Source of the DNA: Octopus sinensis
Taxonomy: Eukaryota
Direction of reading: 5' to 3'
NCBI RefSeq assembly: GCF_006345805.1
Contig: NC_043012.1
Location: forward strand, 9,672,001 to 9,736,000
DNA: 64,000 nucleotides
Both the position numbers and the translations under genes were made by a program. Below the pieces are notes generated by a model. The model was not told the DNA's origin and did not search any database. It saw nothing but the letters and a program-made list of their open reading frames with translations. Of this stretch, positions 37,697-49,837 are shown one piece after another (position 1 is the first letter of the stretch; every line of letters starts with the position of its first letter).

Positions 37697-37985
37697 AAAT
37701 CGCATGGCTCAGTGTTTAGAGCGTCGGGTTACAATCATGTGGTAGTGAGTTCGATTCCTGAACCGGGCTGTTCGCTGTCTTATTGTGCAAGGCACTTTAT
37801 TTTACTTTGTCTAGTTCACTCATCTGTAGAAACGATTTGCGACGTAACTGATGCCGTTCTCCTGGATAACATCGCTGTCGTGGCGAGAGGAAGCTGGTAT
37901 GCATGGGCGAGTGCTGGGCTTCCGTAAAAATCTTTACTCGAGCTTCTAACTTGGAGTGGAACTTTCTCGGTGCAACCCCATGTCA
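37697..37985 (+). mobile_element. diverged tRNA-derived CORE-type SINE
   Basis: TGGCTCAGTG A box, GAGTTCGATTCC B box, GCAAGGCACTTTATTTT CORE-like segment. Confidence 0.65.
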
Positions 37986-38183
37986 TCTTTATTCCTTAAC
38001 CTTACTGTAGAAAGCAATAGCGTGCCAATGATAATTTTAAAAATGCATAGAAAATGCATCGAAAGGAAACCAAGAAAGAATCGGAGCCCTTTCGCAAAAT
38101 CGCGGCCCCAAAACTTTCTCAGACAAGATTAATATAACTTTTATCACTTTTGGTGGCGTCAAAACATGTCATTAATGTATGTA

Positions 38184-38570
38184 GTGGAGGCGCAATGGCC
38201 CAGTGGTTAGGGCAGCGGATTCGCGGTCGTAGGATCGCGGTTTCGATTCCCAGACCGGGCGTTGTGAGTGTTTATTGAGCGAAAACACCTAAAGCTCCAC
38301 GAGGCTCCGGCAGGGGGGGGGGGTGGCTAGCCCTGCTGTACTCTTTCACCGCAAATTTCTCTCACTCTTACTTCCTGTTTCTGTTGTACCTGTATTTCAA
38401 GGGGGCGGCCTTGTCACTCTCTGTGTCACGCTGAATATCCCCGAGAACTACGTTAAGGGTACACGTGTCTGTGGAGTGCTCAGCCACTTACACGTTAATT
38501 TCACGAGCAGGCTGTTCCGTTGATTCGGATCAACCGGAACCCTCGTCGTCGCAACCGACAGAGTGCTTCC
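38184..38570 (+). mobile_element. SINE family B, tail type i (full length)
   Basis: 10-bp TSD AATGTATGTA at 38174-38183 and 38571-38580. Confidence 0.92.
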
Positions 38571-38819
38571 AATGTATGTATATATTCGGTGTATGTATGT
38601 GTTAGTGTTTGCTTGCAAATACTTATGGGCGTGTTTATGTGTGCATAACAAAACCTGACCACATATATGACTGAATCAGTGTTATGAACGTGTTTCGGTA
38701 CAGATCTTTTAGATTTTGTTTATATAGATGCGATGCCCACAAACACACATGTGTGTACACACACATGCGCGCGGGTACTCACACTCATGAACATAGATAC
38801 ACTCACGCATACGTATTTA

Positions 38820-39066
38820 TTTATATCTATCTCTATCTATACTCACATCCATCTCTCTATGTATCTATCTATCTATCTATCTATCTACCTATCTATCTAC
38901 TTCCCTACCTATCTACCTTCCTGTTTCTCTGTCTGTCAGTATGTCGGACTGTCAGTCTATCTATCAATCGATCTATCTTTCTACCTACCTACATACCTAC
39001 CTGTCTGTCAATCAATTAATCAGTGAATCATCTATCTATCTATCTATCTATCTATCTGTCTATCTG

Positions 39067-39101
<35 letters not shown>

Positions 39102-39110
39102 GTCTATCTG

Positions 39111-39161
<51 letters not shown>

Positions 39162-39170
39162 GTCTATCTG

Positions 39171-39225
<55 letters not shown>

Positions 39226-39226
39226 G

Positions 39227-39258
<32 letters not shown>

Positions 39259-39298
39259 CCTACCTACCTATATGTCTGCCTGTGTGTCTGACTGACTG

Positions 39299-39343
<45 letters not shown>

Positions 39344-39388
39344 ATTTATCTATCTATCTATCTATCTGTCTGTCTGTCTGTCTGTTTG

Positions 39389-39421
<33 letters not shown>

Positions 39422-39440
39422 GTTTGTCTGTCTGTCTGCC
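38820..39440. repeat. compound (TCTA)/(TCTG)/(TC) microsatellite
   Basis: Direct reading; source of SIYL-repeat pseudo-ORFs. Confidence 0.95.
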
Positions 39441-39740
39441 TGTCAGTGAGCACCGAAATGAAAATGACGGTATAAACTTGAATAATCAATTATGATCATT
39501 TCGCATGGTATGCTGACCGAGCCAATGGTTCGGATTATCTTAATCCGTATCCTCTTGCCATATTTGTGTCACTTTCTCTTCTTTGTTTTAGTCATTGGAT
39601 AGAATAAGCCTGGTACTTATTCTATCGTTTCCTTGTGCGGAACCGCTAAGTTACGCGGGAAGTAAACACACCATCACAGGGTTGGTATGGGACACGCACA
39701 CACACACACATATTTATACATAGCAATATACGTATATAAT

Positions 39741-39787
<47 letters not shown>

Positions 39788-39931
39788 GTATGTATTTATA
39801 TGTATGTATATATTATATATATATTTATATGTATGTATATATATATATATATATGCGCACATATATATGCATATATATATATGTACAAATATATGTATAT
39901 ATATATATATATACATACATTCACATGTGTA

Positions 39932-39964
<33 letters not shown>

Positions 39965-40196
39965 GTGTGTGTGTGTACGTATATATATATGCATATATAT
40001 ATGTGTATATATATACATATATATATACATTCATATATATAACATATATATATTACGGAGATGTACTCGCATAGCAAGAGATTTGATCTGAGATCGTGTG
40101 CTGAAACGAAAACAATTGCAGCGTGGAAGGTGTTTATAAGCCATTTAAGAAACACACAAAAGCCGTTCGATTCACTTCAACATTTAAGTTTAATTT

Positions 40197-40240
40197 GTCA
40201 AAATATTTTCGTCGCTAAAATCCGCGACCTGTTCACTGAC
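40197..40240 (-). ncRNA. type-I hammerhead fold, G3-C8 variant
   Basis: GUCA-GUGAACA-G-GUCGC(GGAUUUUA)GCGAC-GAA-AAUAUU-U-UGAC. Confidence 0.55.
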
Positions 40241-40266
40241 AAAAATCCGTGCTGCATCGGATTTTT

Positions 40267-40311
40267 GTCAGTGAACAGGTCGCGGTCTTAAAGCGACGAA
40301 AATATTTTGAC
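40267..40311 (+). ncRNA. type-I hammerhead fold, G3-C8 variant
   Basis: GUCA-GUGAACA-G-GUCGC(GGUCUUAAA)GCGAC-GAA-AAUAUU-U-UGAC. Confidence 0.55.
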
Positions 40312-40418
40312 AAATTAAACTTAAATGTTGAAGTGAATCGAACGGCTTTTGTGTGTTTCTTAAATGGCTTATAAACACCTTCCACGCTGCAACATATATA
40401 TATTTATATATAAATGTG

Positions 40419-40449
<31 letters not shown>

Positions 40450-40520
40450 GCATATGTATATGTATGTATATATATGTATGTGTGCATATGCATATATATA
40501 TATATATATATATATTTATC

Positions 40521-40676
40521 TAGATGGATTACTTGACGTTTCCGTCTATTAATCCACTCACAACACGCTAGTCAGTCCGAGTGTATAATAGGAGACACTT
40601 GCCCATAGTGCTACGCTGAGGGATTGAACCTGCAACCATGTGGTTTGCAAGCAAGTTCTTTGCTACAAAGCCACTT
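40521..40676 (-). mobile_element. diverged family A SINE head fragment
   Basis: TTTCCGTCTA..AATCCACTCACAA and ACCATGTGGTT match the family A reverse complement. Confidence 0.65.
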
Positions 40677-40939
40677 GCAGCATAGACACTCACACACACA
40701 AACAAGTACACACGTGCGCACACACATACACAACCACAAACATGTATGCGTATCTGTGTTTGTGTGCGTGCGTGTTGGGATATGTGTTTGTTTCCACGCG
40801 CACACAGACACAACGCGGTAGAACAGAACCGTCTTTTTTTTAAATACAGGGTAGCAGTCGGTGAAATATAATTCTACGTTAGTGCGGGTAAATAATGAGA
40901 ATGCTTGAGCGCGCGTGCGTGCATAGATGTCTCTCTCTC

Positions 40940-41356
40940 TCTTTTACTCTTTTACTTGTTTCAGTCATTTGACTGCGGCCATGCTGGGGCACCGCATTTA
41001 ATCGAGCAACTCGACCCCGGCATTCATTCTTTTGTAAGCCAAGTACTTATTCTATCGGTCTCTTTTGCCGAACCGCTAAGTGACGGGGACGTAAACACAC
41101 CAGCATCGGTTGTCAAGCAATGCTAGGGGGACAAACACAGACACCCAAACATACACGCATACACACACAGATATATATATATATATATATACATATATAC
41201 GACGGGCTTCTTTCAGTTTCCGTCTACCAAATCCACTCACAAGGCATTTGTCGGCCCGGGGCTATAGCAGAAGACACTTGCCCAAGGTGCCACGCAGTGG
41301 GACTGAACCCGGAACCATGTGGTTGGTTAGCAAGCTACTTACTACACAGCCACTCC
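40940..41356 (-). mobile_element. SINE family A (full length)
   Basis: Collinear with 14183-14635. Confidence 0.92.
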
Positions 41357-41632
41357 ATGGTTTTGTTGTTTTTTTTACTTTTTAAAAGCATCATTTCGTT
41401 GGTTGTTGAAGATGTCGAGTGCAATTAGAACACATCTCGAATCAGCTTGAACTCGATTCCGAGAGAACTGCAAACTGAAAGCTATTATATAATTGCAGAT
41501 TCAACCATTCTTCTACACCAACCTCTTTATTCAGACTCTGTAAAATCGTTATGTTCCTCTTCTATCAGTATTACTGGTCATATACAACAACAACAGCAGC
41601 AACAATATAATAATAATAATAATAATATAATA

Positions 41633-41663
<31 letters not shown>

Positions 41664-41668
<5 letters not shown>

Positions 41669-41879
41669 TTCAGACAAATACATAACAAAAACACCAGGAC
41701 TTACAAACACATGTAACATACAGAAAATTGCACTACTAGGCACTGCACATATCCTACGCAGAACGCTTTCTATACGATAACCATCAGAGCATCACAACAA
41801 ATCACAGCACATATCCAAGGCACACAGAGCTGCGCTCGGTAGTGAAGTGAACGCACGCTATAAAAAATAAAACTACTGA

Positions 41880-41880
<1 letters not shown>
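41664..41880 (+). mobile_element. family E (Dong-like 3' end)
   Basis: Encodes KYSDKYITKTPGLTNTCNIQKIALLGTAHILRRTLSIR*; (TAA)n on both flanks. Confidence 0.85.
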
Positions 41881-41916
<36 letters not shown>

Positions 41917-41918
<2 letters not shown>

Positions 41919-42470
41919 GCCTGATGCAGTACCAGGCAGTGGCTCTCATGGCTTCTGATCTTAACTGATTGGAAGTGTTATCATGTACATTGTTTTGTCT
42001 TGGTATAAAAGATGGGCTACAGCAAATATTCTGCTCAATACCACAGATTTGCTTGTCAGTTGTTTGACCTTAACCAGTTGAGCATGTCCCTTAGTGGCTG
42101 ACGTTATGTGCATCTCTGATCACGAGCAGAAGTAGTGGGGGAGCATCATAGCCATGTGTTGAGAGGGATTGTTGGGGGTTTGAATAATTCACCTCTGGAA
42201 ACATGGGTGGTTCTTTCAACATCCTTAAACAACCCTTATTCAGGGACCTTTGAGTGGGATGGGCTACTCAACCTGAAGAAAATTCTAACTGGGCCCCACC
42301 TGCAAGGTCATGTGCTGTTTATCATGATATGAGATCACCATGTCGCGCACATATGGTTGTGATGCATGTACCTGGTGTACCTTTATCAGACGGGTAGTCA
42401 TGATGGGTATATTGGGCTTTGTATATTTTACCCCAGTGTCACTTTGATGGCATGCACTGCTCTCTCACTC
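41917..42470 (+). mobile_element. family D non-coding repeat (most complete copy)
   Basis: Bounded by (TAA)n on both sides; collinear with 4495-5030. Confidence 0.88.
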
Positions 42471-42489
42471 AATAATAATAATAATAATA

Positions 42490-42521
<32 letters not shown>

Positions 42522-42875
42522 CTTGTGCCACGCGGCAACCTTTCCTGTTATTTGAAACCCAAAATTCAATCATGAATAACACAGATGTATAAGTTCCCAG
42601 CCACAAGAGAACGGGTGTACTCTCTTCCTGGTCAAACGGACTCGTAGAAATAGCAGTTACATGCCTTACAAATCATATCCTACAGTATGAAAACAGATAG
42701 GAATATACATGCATGTGCATATATATATATATTTATATGCAGATGCGTGTGTGTGAATGTGTGTATACACACACACACACACACATCTATATATATATTG
42801 ATGGAAATGCTAAGATAACAGAAGAATGAAAGATACCTCGATATTATGTAAATAGAGGAATTTATCCGAAAAAAT

Positions 42876-42921
<46 letters not shown>

Positions 42922-42940
42922 AGACAGAGAGAGAGGGGGA

Positions 42941-42972
<32 letters not shown>

Positions 42973-43559
42973 CTATGATCCGGGTACACGATAATCCTAC
43001 GAAAGATTTGTTGGTATTCTTTGGAATGATTTACTAATACTTATGTTTCTCCGGGTCTCACCTGGGTATAAACACACCCACCATGCTCACCACGACGATT
43101 TTTAACTAATCCAACCTAAATCTGCAGTCACAGCAACTGGTCAAGAGTAAAGTAGGCATTAAAAAGTTTACTGCTTGTGGTCGCTTATCTGCGTTCGATT
43201 CTCGGGCGAAGCTAATGTGTTTTCTACAGATATGAAAGCCCGGGAACAGATTTTTCAAACACGCTAAAAGTAACTTTTATGACTCTCACGCTTTTGTTGT
43301 GCTTACCTATGTAGCAATGAGAGATTATAAGTTTATACGTAAAATCGTCTGTGCCTATATATACGAATATATATAGATATATGTGGTGTGTGTGTGTGTG
43401 TGTGTGTGCGTGTGTGTATGTATACTTGTATACACATGCTTGTTACTGTACGTGTAAAGATGCAAATATTTTACTCTGGTGTTTTGTTCATAGCTGCGCT
43501 CTGGCATTTTACGTTCGAACGTGTGTCTATGCGTGTGCATGCGCGCGTATATATATAGA

Positions 43560-43717
43560 TATGTATATAGTAACTACCAATAGTAAGTGTATATATATAT
43601 TATATATATATATACCTATATATACATATATATATATATATATTATATATATTATATATATATTATATATATATATATATAATATATATATATACATATA
43701 TACATATATATATATAT

Positions 43718-43781
<64 letters not shown>

Positions 43782-43864
43782 CATATATGCTTGTATGTAT
43801 GTATAAATATATATATCATCATCATACTTCAACATCCGTTCTCCGTCCATCTATATATATATAG

Positions 43865-43905
<41 letters not shown>
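43560..43905. repeat. long imperfect (TA)n tract
   Basis: Direct reading. Confidence 0.9.
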
Positions 43906-43909
<4 letters not shown>

Positions 43910-44258
43910 CATACATGCTTATATACAAACTCACATCCTCGCGCACGCGCATACTCATACACTCATGTATGCATTATACGTTGTAGAAATATATTTGTAA
44001 AGTCGGTATTAGTCGAATACTTTAAAGCTAAAATGAAATGAAATATTCCGATACGAGATCGATATCATCCATTTACTTCCATTTAATATATATAAATATA
44101 TATTTTTTTTCATTTTTTTTTCTTTGCTTCTCGTCTTTATATTCACTGGAAACTTTATTTTCATATATCAAACACAGAAAACATAATAAAACAACTACAG
44201 TAAAACACTAAGTAAAAACAATAGAAAAACCAGAAAGCATGTATGATGGTTGACTTAC

Positions 44259-44541
44259 CTGAATAACGTGAAGCTATCTCTGTTAATATTTCCTTTATAA
44301 TGTTTGTTGATAAAGTCTCGTATTATATATGGAGATTGTTGTTGTTGTTGTTGTTGTTATAAATGATGGTTGTGGTGGTGATGGTGATGGTATTGTTGAC
44401 AGTGTTGATACTGCTGATGATGATGGATGGTGATGATGATGAAGCCTGATGGCGGTGGTGAGACAGGAGAGGAGTGAGAGAAGAGGCAAAGGTAATTCTG
44501 TTGAGGCGGCAAAGGATGTCTTATTCAATCTGCGGTTGACT
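44259..44541 (-). other. candidate non-coding first exon of a host gene
   Basis: Starts at an initiator-like TCAGTC (44543-44538), contains no ATG, ends at a consensus donor CAG/GTAAGT (44259/44258) followed by T-rich intron-like sequence; not repeat-derived as far as I can see. Confidence 0.4.
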
Positions 44542-45162
44542 GACGAAATAGCACATGGTACGTGTCAGTGCGTATCTGCGCGTAATTTGTGTATGTGCCT
44601 CCGTATTTATATGCGTATGTGCGCCTCTGTGTGCACGTGTGTGTGTGTGTGTGATTTTGTGTGCATGTGTGTGCGTGCGTCTGTGTGTGTGTGTGGTGTG
44701 TGTGTGTGTGCGTGTGTGTGTGCAAGTATGCGTTTGTAAGTGTATGTACTCGTGTGCGTCTTTTAGGTAATGTGCATAACGTGCATGTGTGTGGTGCGTG
44801 CGCACGCGTGCCCGCGTGTGTGTGTGTGTGCGTGTAGTGGAATGCAACTATGTATGTGTGTGCGTGTGTAGAAATATCTAATCGAGTCTGAACTGTGTCT
44901 TTTGAAAAGCGTGCATAACGCACGTGTGCATATTTGCAGAACAGGTTTGAGATATAAGCAGGGTGTGCATGCGTGTGTGCACCCGTGCACGTGTATGTAT
45001 GTGCGTGTATGTGTATGTGAGAATGATGTATCAGCTAGTATGCGTGCCTGTGTGTATATGTACCCGGGTGCAGAGGCCTTTTAACTTGTATTTCTAACGT
45101 GCATGTTTATATTTGCGAATTAGCATTTGTTATATGAAAATTATGTAAGGCGTGTACGTGTG

Positions 45163-45196
<34 letters not shown>

Positions 45197-45656
45197 AGTG
45201 ATCTAGTGCAATTGTGTATGTATATGCGTTAGTGTTTATGTATGCGTGTATGTATGTGTAACGGACTCTTCGCCTTTCGTTCCACTGAGTCAGTGCGATG
45301 GAGTCTCGAGCGCGCGTGCGTACGTACGTGCGTGCGTGTGTATGTGTCTGTGCTGCTATATACGCTTTACTATATATGTGTGTGTGTGTGTGTGCACGTG
45401 TGTATGTCCTGCTATGTAGGCCTCACCCAGCGTTTATGTGACTGTGTGTGTGTGTGTAAGTCTGTTTCTCTGTTGGTGTGTGCAAAGTGTATTCACGTTC
45501 AGTTCGTATCACTACGTTGATGTGCGAGCGCTGTTATTATATTTGTGTAGAAATGCTAAAAAGTCCGTGTGTGTATGTGTGTTTGTGTGTGTGTGTGTTT
45601 GTCTGTGTGTTTGTGTGAGCTGTTTTGCTTATGCGTGTGTCACTATACTTATAGAC

Positions 45657-45660
45657 ACTA

Positions 45661-45740
<80 letters not shown>

Positions 45741-45746
45741 ATATCC

Positions 45747-45812
<66 letters not shown>
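45657..45812. repeat. (TATC)n microsatellite
   Basis: Direct reading. Confidence 0.95.
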
Positions 45813-45813
<1 letters not shown>

Positions 45814-46344
45814 CTCTTTCCTTGTCCTCTTTCTCTCCTTTTACGATCCCTTTTGATCGAAACTCCCCCTTGCTTTTTTTTTTTTTTAAACCTTCAAAAG
45901 AAAAGCTCTACCTTGTAATTTGTTCTATCTGTGTGCAGCCCTGTGTGGCTAATAAAGAAACATATCTATCTATCTATCTATCTATCTGTCTATCTATCTA
46001 TCTAGTTGTATAAATATTATGCACGCCTTATAATATCTTATTTCTTTAGTATAGTTAAAGCAGAGTCTATTCGTGTGTGTATTTGTTGCTTTTAATACTA
46101 ATTTTGCCATTGTGTCAATGTAGATATATCTATTGATCTATAAATATTAGTGTGCATATGTGTATATGTGTGTGTGTGTGTTGATATTTATGTTGCAGCG
46201 TAGTCGGTAAATATTGAAGTATCACACGGGGCAGTGAGTTCATAGATTAGATGAAACACACCGTTCTCGGTTCAAATCACATGGGTAGGAGTTTCACTTA
46301 TTTTTTTTTCTTTTATTGCGATGCAATAGAAAGTACTCCATAAG

Positions 46345-47050
46345 TAGTACTGCTTTCAAATGTTTGCACAAGGCCAGCAATTCCAGAAGAGGGTCTAAGT
46401 CGGTTACTTCGCTCTCAGTGCTCAACTGGTACTTATTACATTCAGCTTGAAATGATGTAAGTCAAAGTCGACCTCGGCGGGAATTTGAACTCGTAACGTA
46501 AGCACGGATGAAATGTCGTGAAGCATTTTGACCGGAGGGCTAACAATATATCGCCAGCTCGACATTTTATATAATAATAATAATAATAATAATAACAATA
46601 ACAATAACAACAACAGCAACAATAATAATCCTTTCTAATATAGGCACAATGCCTGAAATTTTGGGCGAGAGGGCAAGTCGATTACATAGACCCCAGTATT
46701 TCATTAGTACTTAATTTATCGACCCCGAAAGGATAAAAGGCATAGTCGACCTTAGCTGAATTTGAACTCACAACGTAGCGACCAACGAAATGCCACTAAA
46801 CCATTCTGCCAGCTCACCGCTTTGTCAATAATAATGGTAATACAAGTTTCTGATTTAAGCTCAGGGCCTGCAACTTTGAGGAGAGACGAGTCATTTAAAT
46901 CAGCCCCAGTCCATGACTGGTACTTTATTTTATCGCCAAGCAAGATAGGATACATAACAACATTTAACCTTAAAGGGATTTCAACCCAGAATGCAAAGAG
47001 CAGTGAGGAATTGCTATAAAGCATTTTCCCGACTCCCTAATTACTCTGCT
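46345..47050 (-). mobile_element. head-to-tail run of three diverged family C SINE copies
   Basis: GTCGACCTCGGCGGGAATTTGAACTC at ~46470, GTCGACCTTAGCTGAATTTGAACTC at ~46745 and a third degenerate unit to ~47050. Confidence 0.75.
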
Positions 47051-47251
47051 ATTGGGTCACCTTAGATTCGAACACTCGGACATTAATACTATATAATGGC
47101 AACGATTCAAATCCAGGCGACTGGTCGGTTTTCGATACCGATATTGGCTCACTGCCTAATTAATGAATACTATCATTATTTGAATCATTCTGTCTAGTTT
47201 TGTTAATATTATGCAAATTACATTTTGTTTTTAACGAGAATATAAAAGAAT

Positions 47252-47657
47252 AGGCGCAGGAGTGGCTGTGTGGTAAGTAGCTTGCTAACCAACCACATGG
47301 TTCCGGGTTCAGTCCCACTGCGTGGCACCTTGGGCAAGTGCCTTCTACTATAGCCCCGGGCCGACCAATGCCTTGCGAGTGGATTTGGTAGACGGAAACT
47401 GAAAGAAGCCTGTCATATATATGTATATGTATATGTGTGTGTTTGTGTGTGTGTGTGTTTGTCCCCCTAGCATTGCTTGACAACCGATGCTGGTGTGTTT
47501 ACGTCCCCGTTACTTAGCGGTTCGGCAAAAGTGACCGATAGAATAAGTACTGGGCTTACAAAGAATAAGTCCCGAGGTCGATTTGGTCAACTAAAGGCGG
47601 TGCTCCAACATGGCCGCAGTCAAATGACTGAAAGAAGTAAAAGAGTAAAAGAGTAAA
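47252..47657 (+). mobile_element. SINE family A (full length)
   Basis: Head AGGCGCAGGAGTGGCTGTGTGG to tail AAAAGAGTAAAAGAGTAAA. Confidence 0.92.
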
Positions 47658-47949
47658 CGAAATAAACTTTTTGTTTGATGCTGGATTTACACTGAGTTTG
47701 AAAAGTACTGAATCGTTGTTTGTTTGCAGAGAGTGAGAGGGGTGAGCGAGTCAGGGCGGAGAAAGAATGAGAGCGAAAAAGACAGTTTGAGAGATAGGTA
47801 GATATATAGATGAAAAAAAATAGATAGATAGATTGATTGATAGAGAGAGAAATAGAAAGATATAGAGTGAGAGAGTGAGAGGGAGAGATTCGATGATAGG
47901 GAGGAGAGTTGTGTTACATGTAATGAATGAGTGTGTGAGACGATATACT

Positions 47950-48035
47950 TATTTCTTTACTACCCACAAGGTGCTGAACACAGAGAGGACAAACAAGGAC
48001 AGACAAACGGATTAAGTTGGTTATATCGACCCCAG
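47950..48035 (-). mobile_element. 3' fragment of family C SINE
   Basis: Reverse complement of ...GTCGATATAA..TAATCCGTTTGTCTGTCCTTGTTTGTCC...GTAAAGAAATA. Confidence 0.75.
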
Positions 48036-48065
48036 TGCGCAGCTGGGGGTCGATATAACCCCACG

Positions 48066-48355
48066 ATCGTAAGGCCGTGAGTGCAATTCCCAGCAACGTG
48101 TTGCATTATGTCCTTGAGCAAGACACTTTATTTCACATTGCTCCGGTTCATTCAACTGGCGAAAATGTGTTGTACCTGTATTTCAAAGGGCCGGCCTTGT
48201 CACACTCTGTGTCACGCTGAATCACCTCAAGAACTACGTTAACGGTGCACATGTCTGTGAAGTGCTCAGCCACTTGCACGTTAATTTTATGAGCAAGCTC
48301 TTCCGTTGATCGTATCGGCTGAGGGCCCTCGTCGTCGTAACCGACAAAGTGCTCC
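48066..48355 (+). mobile_element. CORE-type SINE body with tail type i
   Basis: TCCTTGAGCAAGACACTTTATTTCAC CORE-like body followed by GTTGTACCTGTATTTCAAAGGGCCGGCC...GTGCT, the family B tail. Confidence 0.8.
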
Positions 48356-48505
48356 TCTTTTAGATGTACCTGAGTCCACTAAAGGAGGTCTTTTCGATTA
48401 CCACTGAATTATATAACTCCATATATTGTACATTATATATATATATATACATACATATATATATATATGTATGTATATATATGTATATATATGTATATAT
48501 ATGTG

Positions 48506-48538
<33 letters not shown>

Positions 48539-48879
48539 ATATATATAATATAATATATATATATATATCGTAAGACGCTCCCGTATCATTCCTGTTTTTA
48601 TTCGTTACTGTGTTTCCAATTTTATCTTCGTCTCTTGTTTTCCTATTCGTCTCGGTTGTCACATTCTTTCCTTCTACCAAGCAAATCTAATGCCCATAGC
48701 TTAGCTTTTCCTTGGGGCTGGCCTTTTCGGAGCAAATCTCAGAATTAACACAGCCGAAATTTGCCATGAATCGGTTTCTGACTGAAGAATGAAGGCTCTG
48801 AATTACTGTCCGTATTTCCGTGTTTGTCAATTCGTGAATTTCACGTTCTTTATATATAAGTTTATTCTATATCTATATC

Positions 48880-48910
<31 letters not shown>

Positions 48911-49018
48911 ATATATAATATATATATTTGTGATTATCTCAAATAATTTTTCTTTTTAATTAGACGAAACTAAATAAACGAATTAAACTTCTTGTTTAAT
49001 GCTGGAGTTAAACTGAGT

Positions 49019-49058
<40 letters not shown>

Positions 49059-49061
<3 letters not shown>

Positions 49062-49257
49062 GTGTGTGTCTGTGTTTGTCCCTCTACAATGCTTGACAAC
49101 CGATGCTGGTGTGGTGGCGTCCCCATAACTTAGCGTTCGGCAAAAGGATCCCGTTAGAATAAATAATAGGCTTACAAAGAATAAGTCTTGCGGTCGATTT
49201 CTTCGACTAAAGGCGGTGCTCCAGCATGGCTTCAGTAAAGTAAACAACTAAAAGACT
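49059..49257 (+). mobile_element. SINE family A, 3' half
   Basis: Matches the post-microsatellite half of family A. Confidence 0.85.
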
Positions 49258-49260
49258 AAC

Positions 49261-49308
<48 letters not shown>

Positions 49309-49339
49309 AGTATATATGTTTATATGTGTGTGTATATGT

Positions 49340-49342
49340 CGG

Positions 49343-49397
<55 letters not shown>

Positions 49398-49442
49398 GTC
49401 TATATATCTATCTGTCTGTCTGTTTGTCTGTCCCTCTATCTT

Positions 49443-49489
<47 letters not shown>

Positions 49490-49490
49490 G

Positions 49491-49553
<63 letters not shown>

Positions 49554-49566
49554 GTCTGTCTACCTA

Positions 49567-49614
<48 letters not shown>

Positions 49615-49629
49615 CCTATCTATCTATCC

Positions 49630-49663
<34 letters not shown>

Positions 49664-49688
49664 ATCTATCTATCTATCTATCTATCTA

Positions 49689-49723
<35 letters not shown>

Positions 49724-49744
49724 GTCTGTCTACCTATCTGTCTG

Positions 49745-49826
<82 letters not shown>

Positions 49827-49837
49827 CATCTATCTAT
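49340..49837. repeat. compound (TATC)/(TGTC) microsatellite
   Basis: Direct reading. Confidence 0.95.

Larger units (their letters stand above)
40116..40392. repeat. 277-bp near-perfect inverted repeat within a (TA)n-flanked element (40052-40392)
   Basis: Arms 40116-40249 and 40258-40392 are identical except AAAAT vs TTAAGA; 8-nt spacer. Confidence 0.95.

Noticed and set aside
48780-48812. CUGAAGA...GAAUUAC as a hammerhead
   Set aside because: GAAA is missing and the helices do not form; at best a heavily decayed motif.
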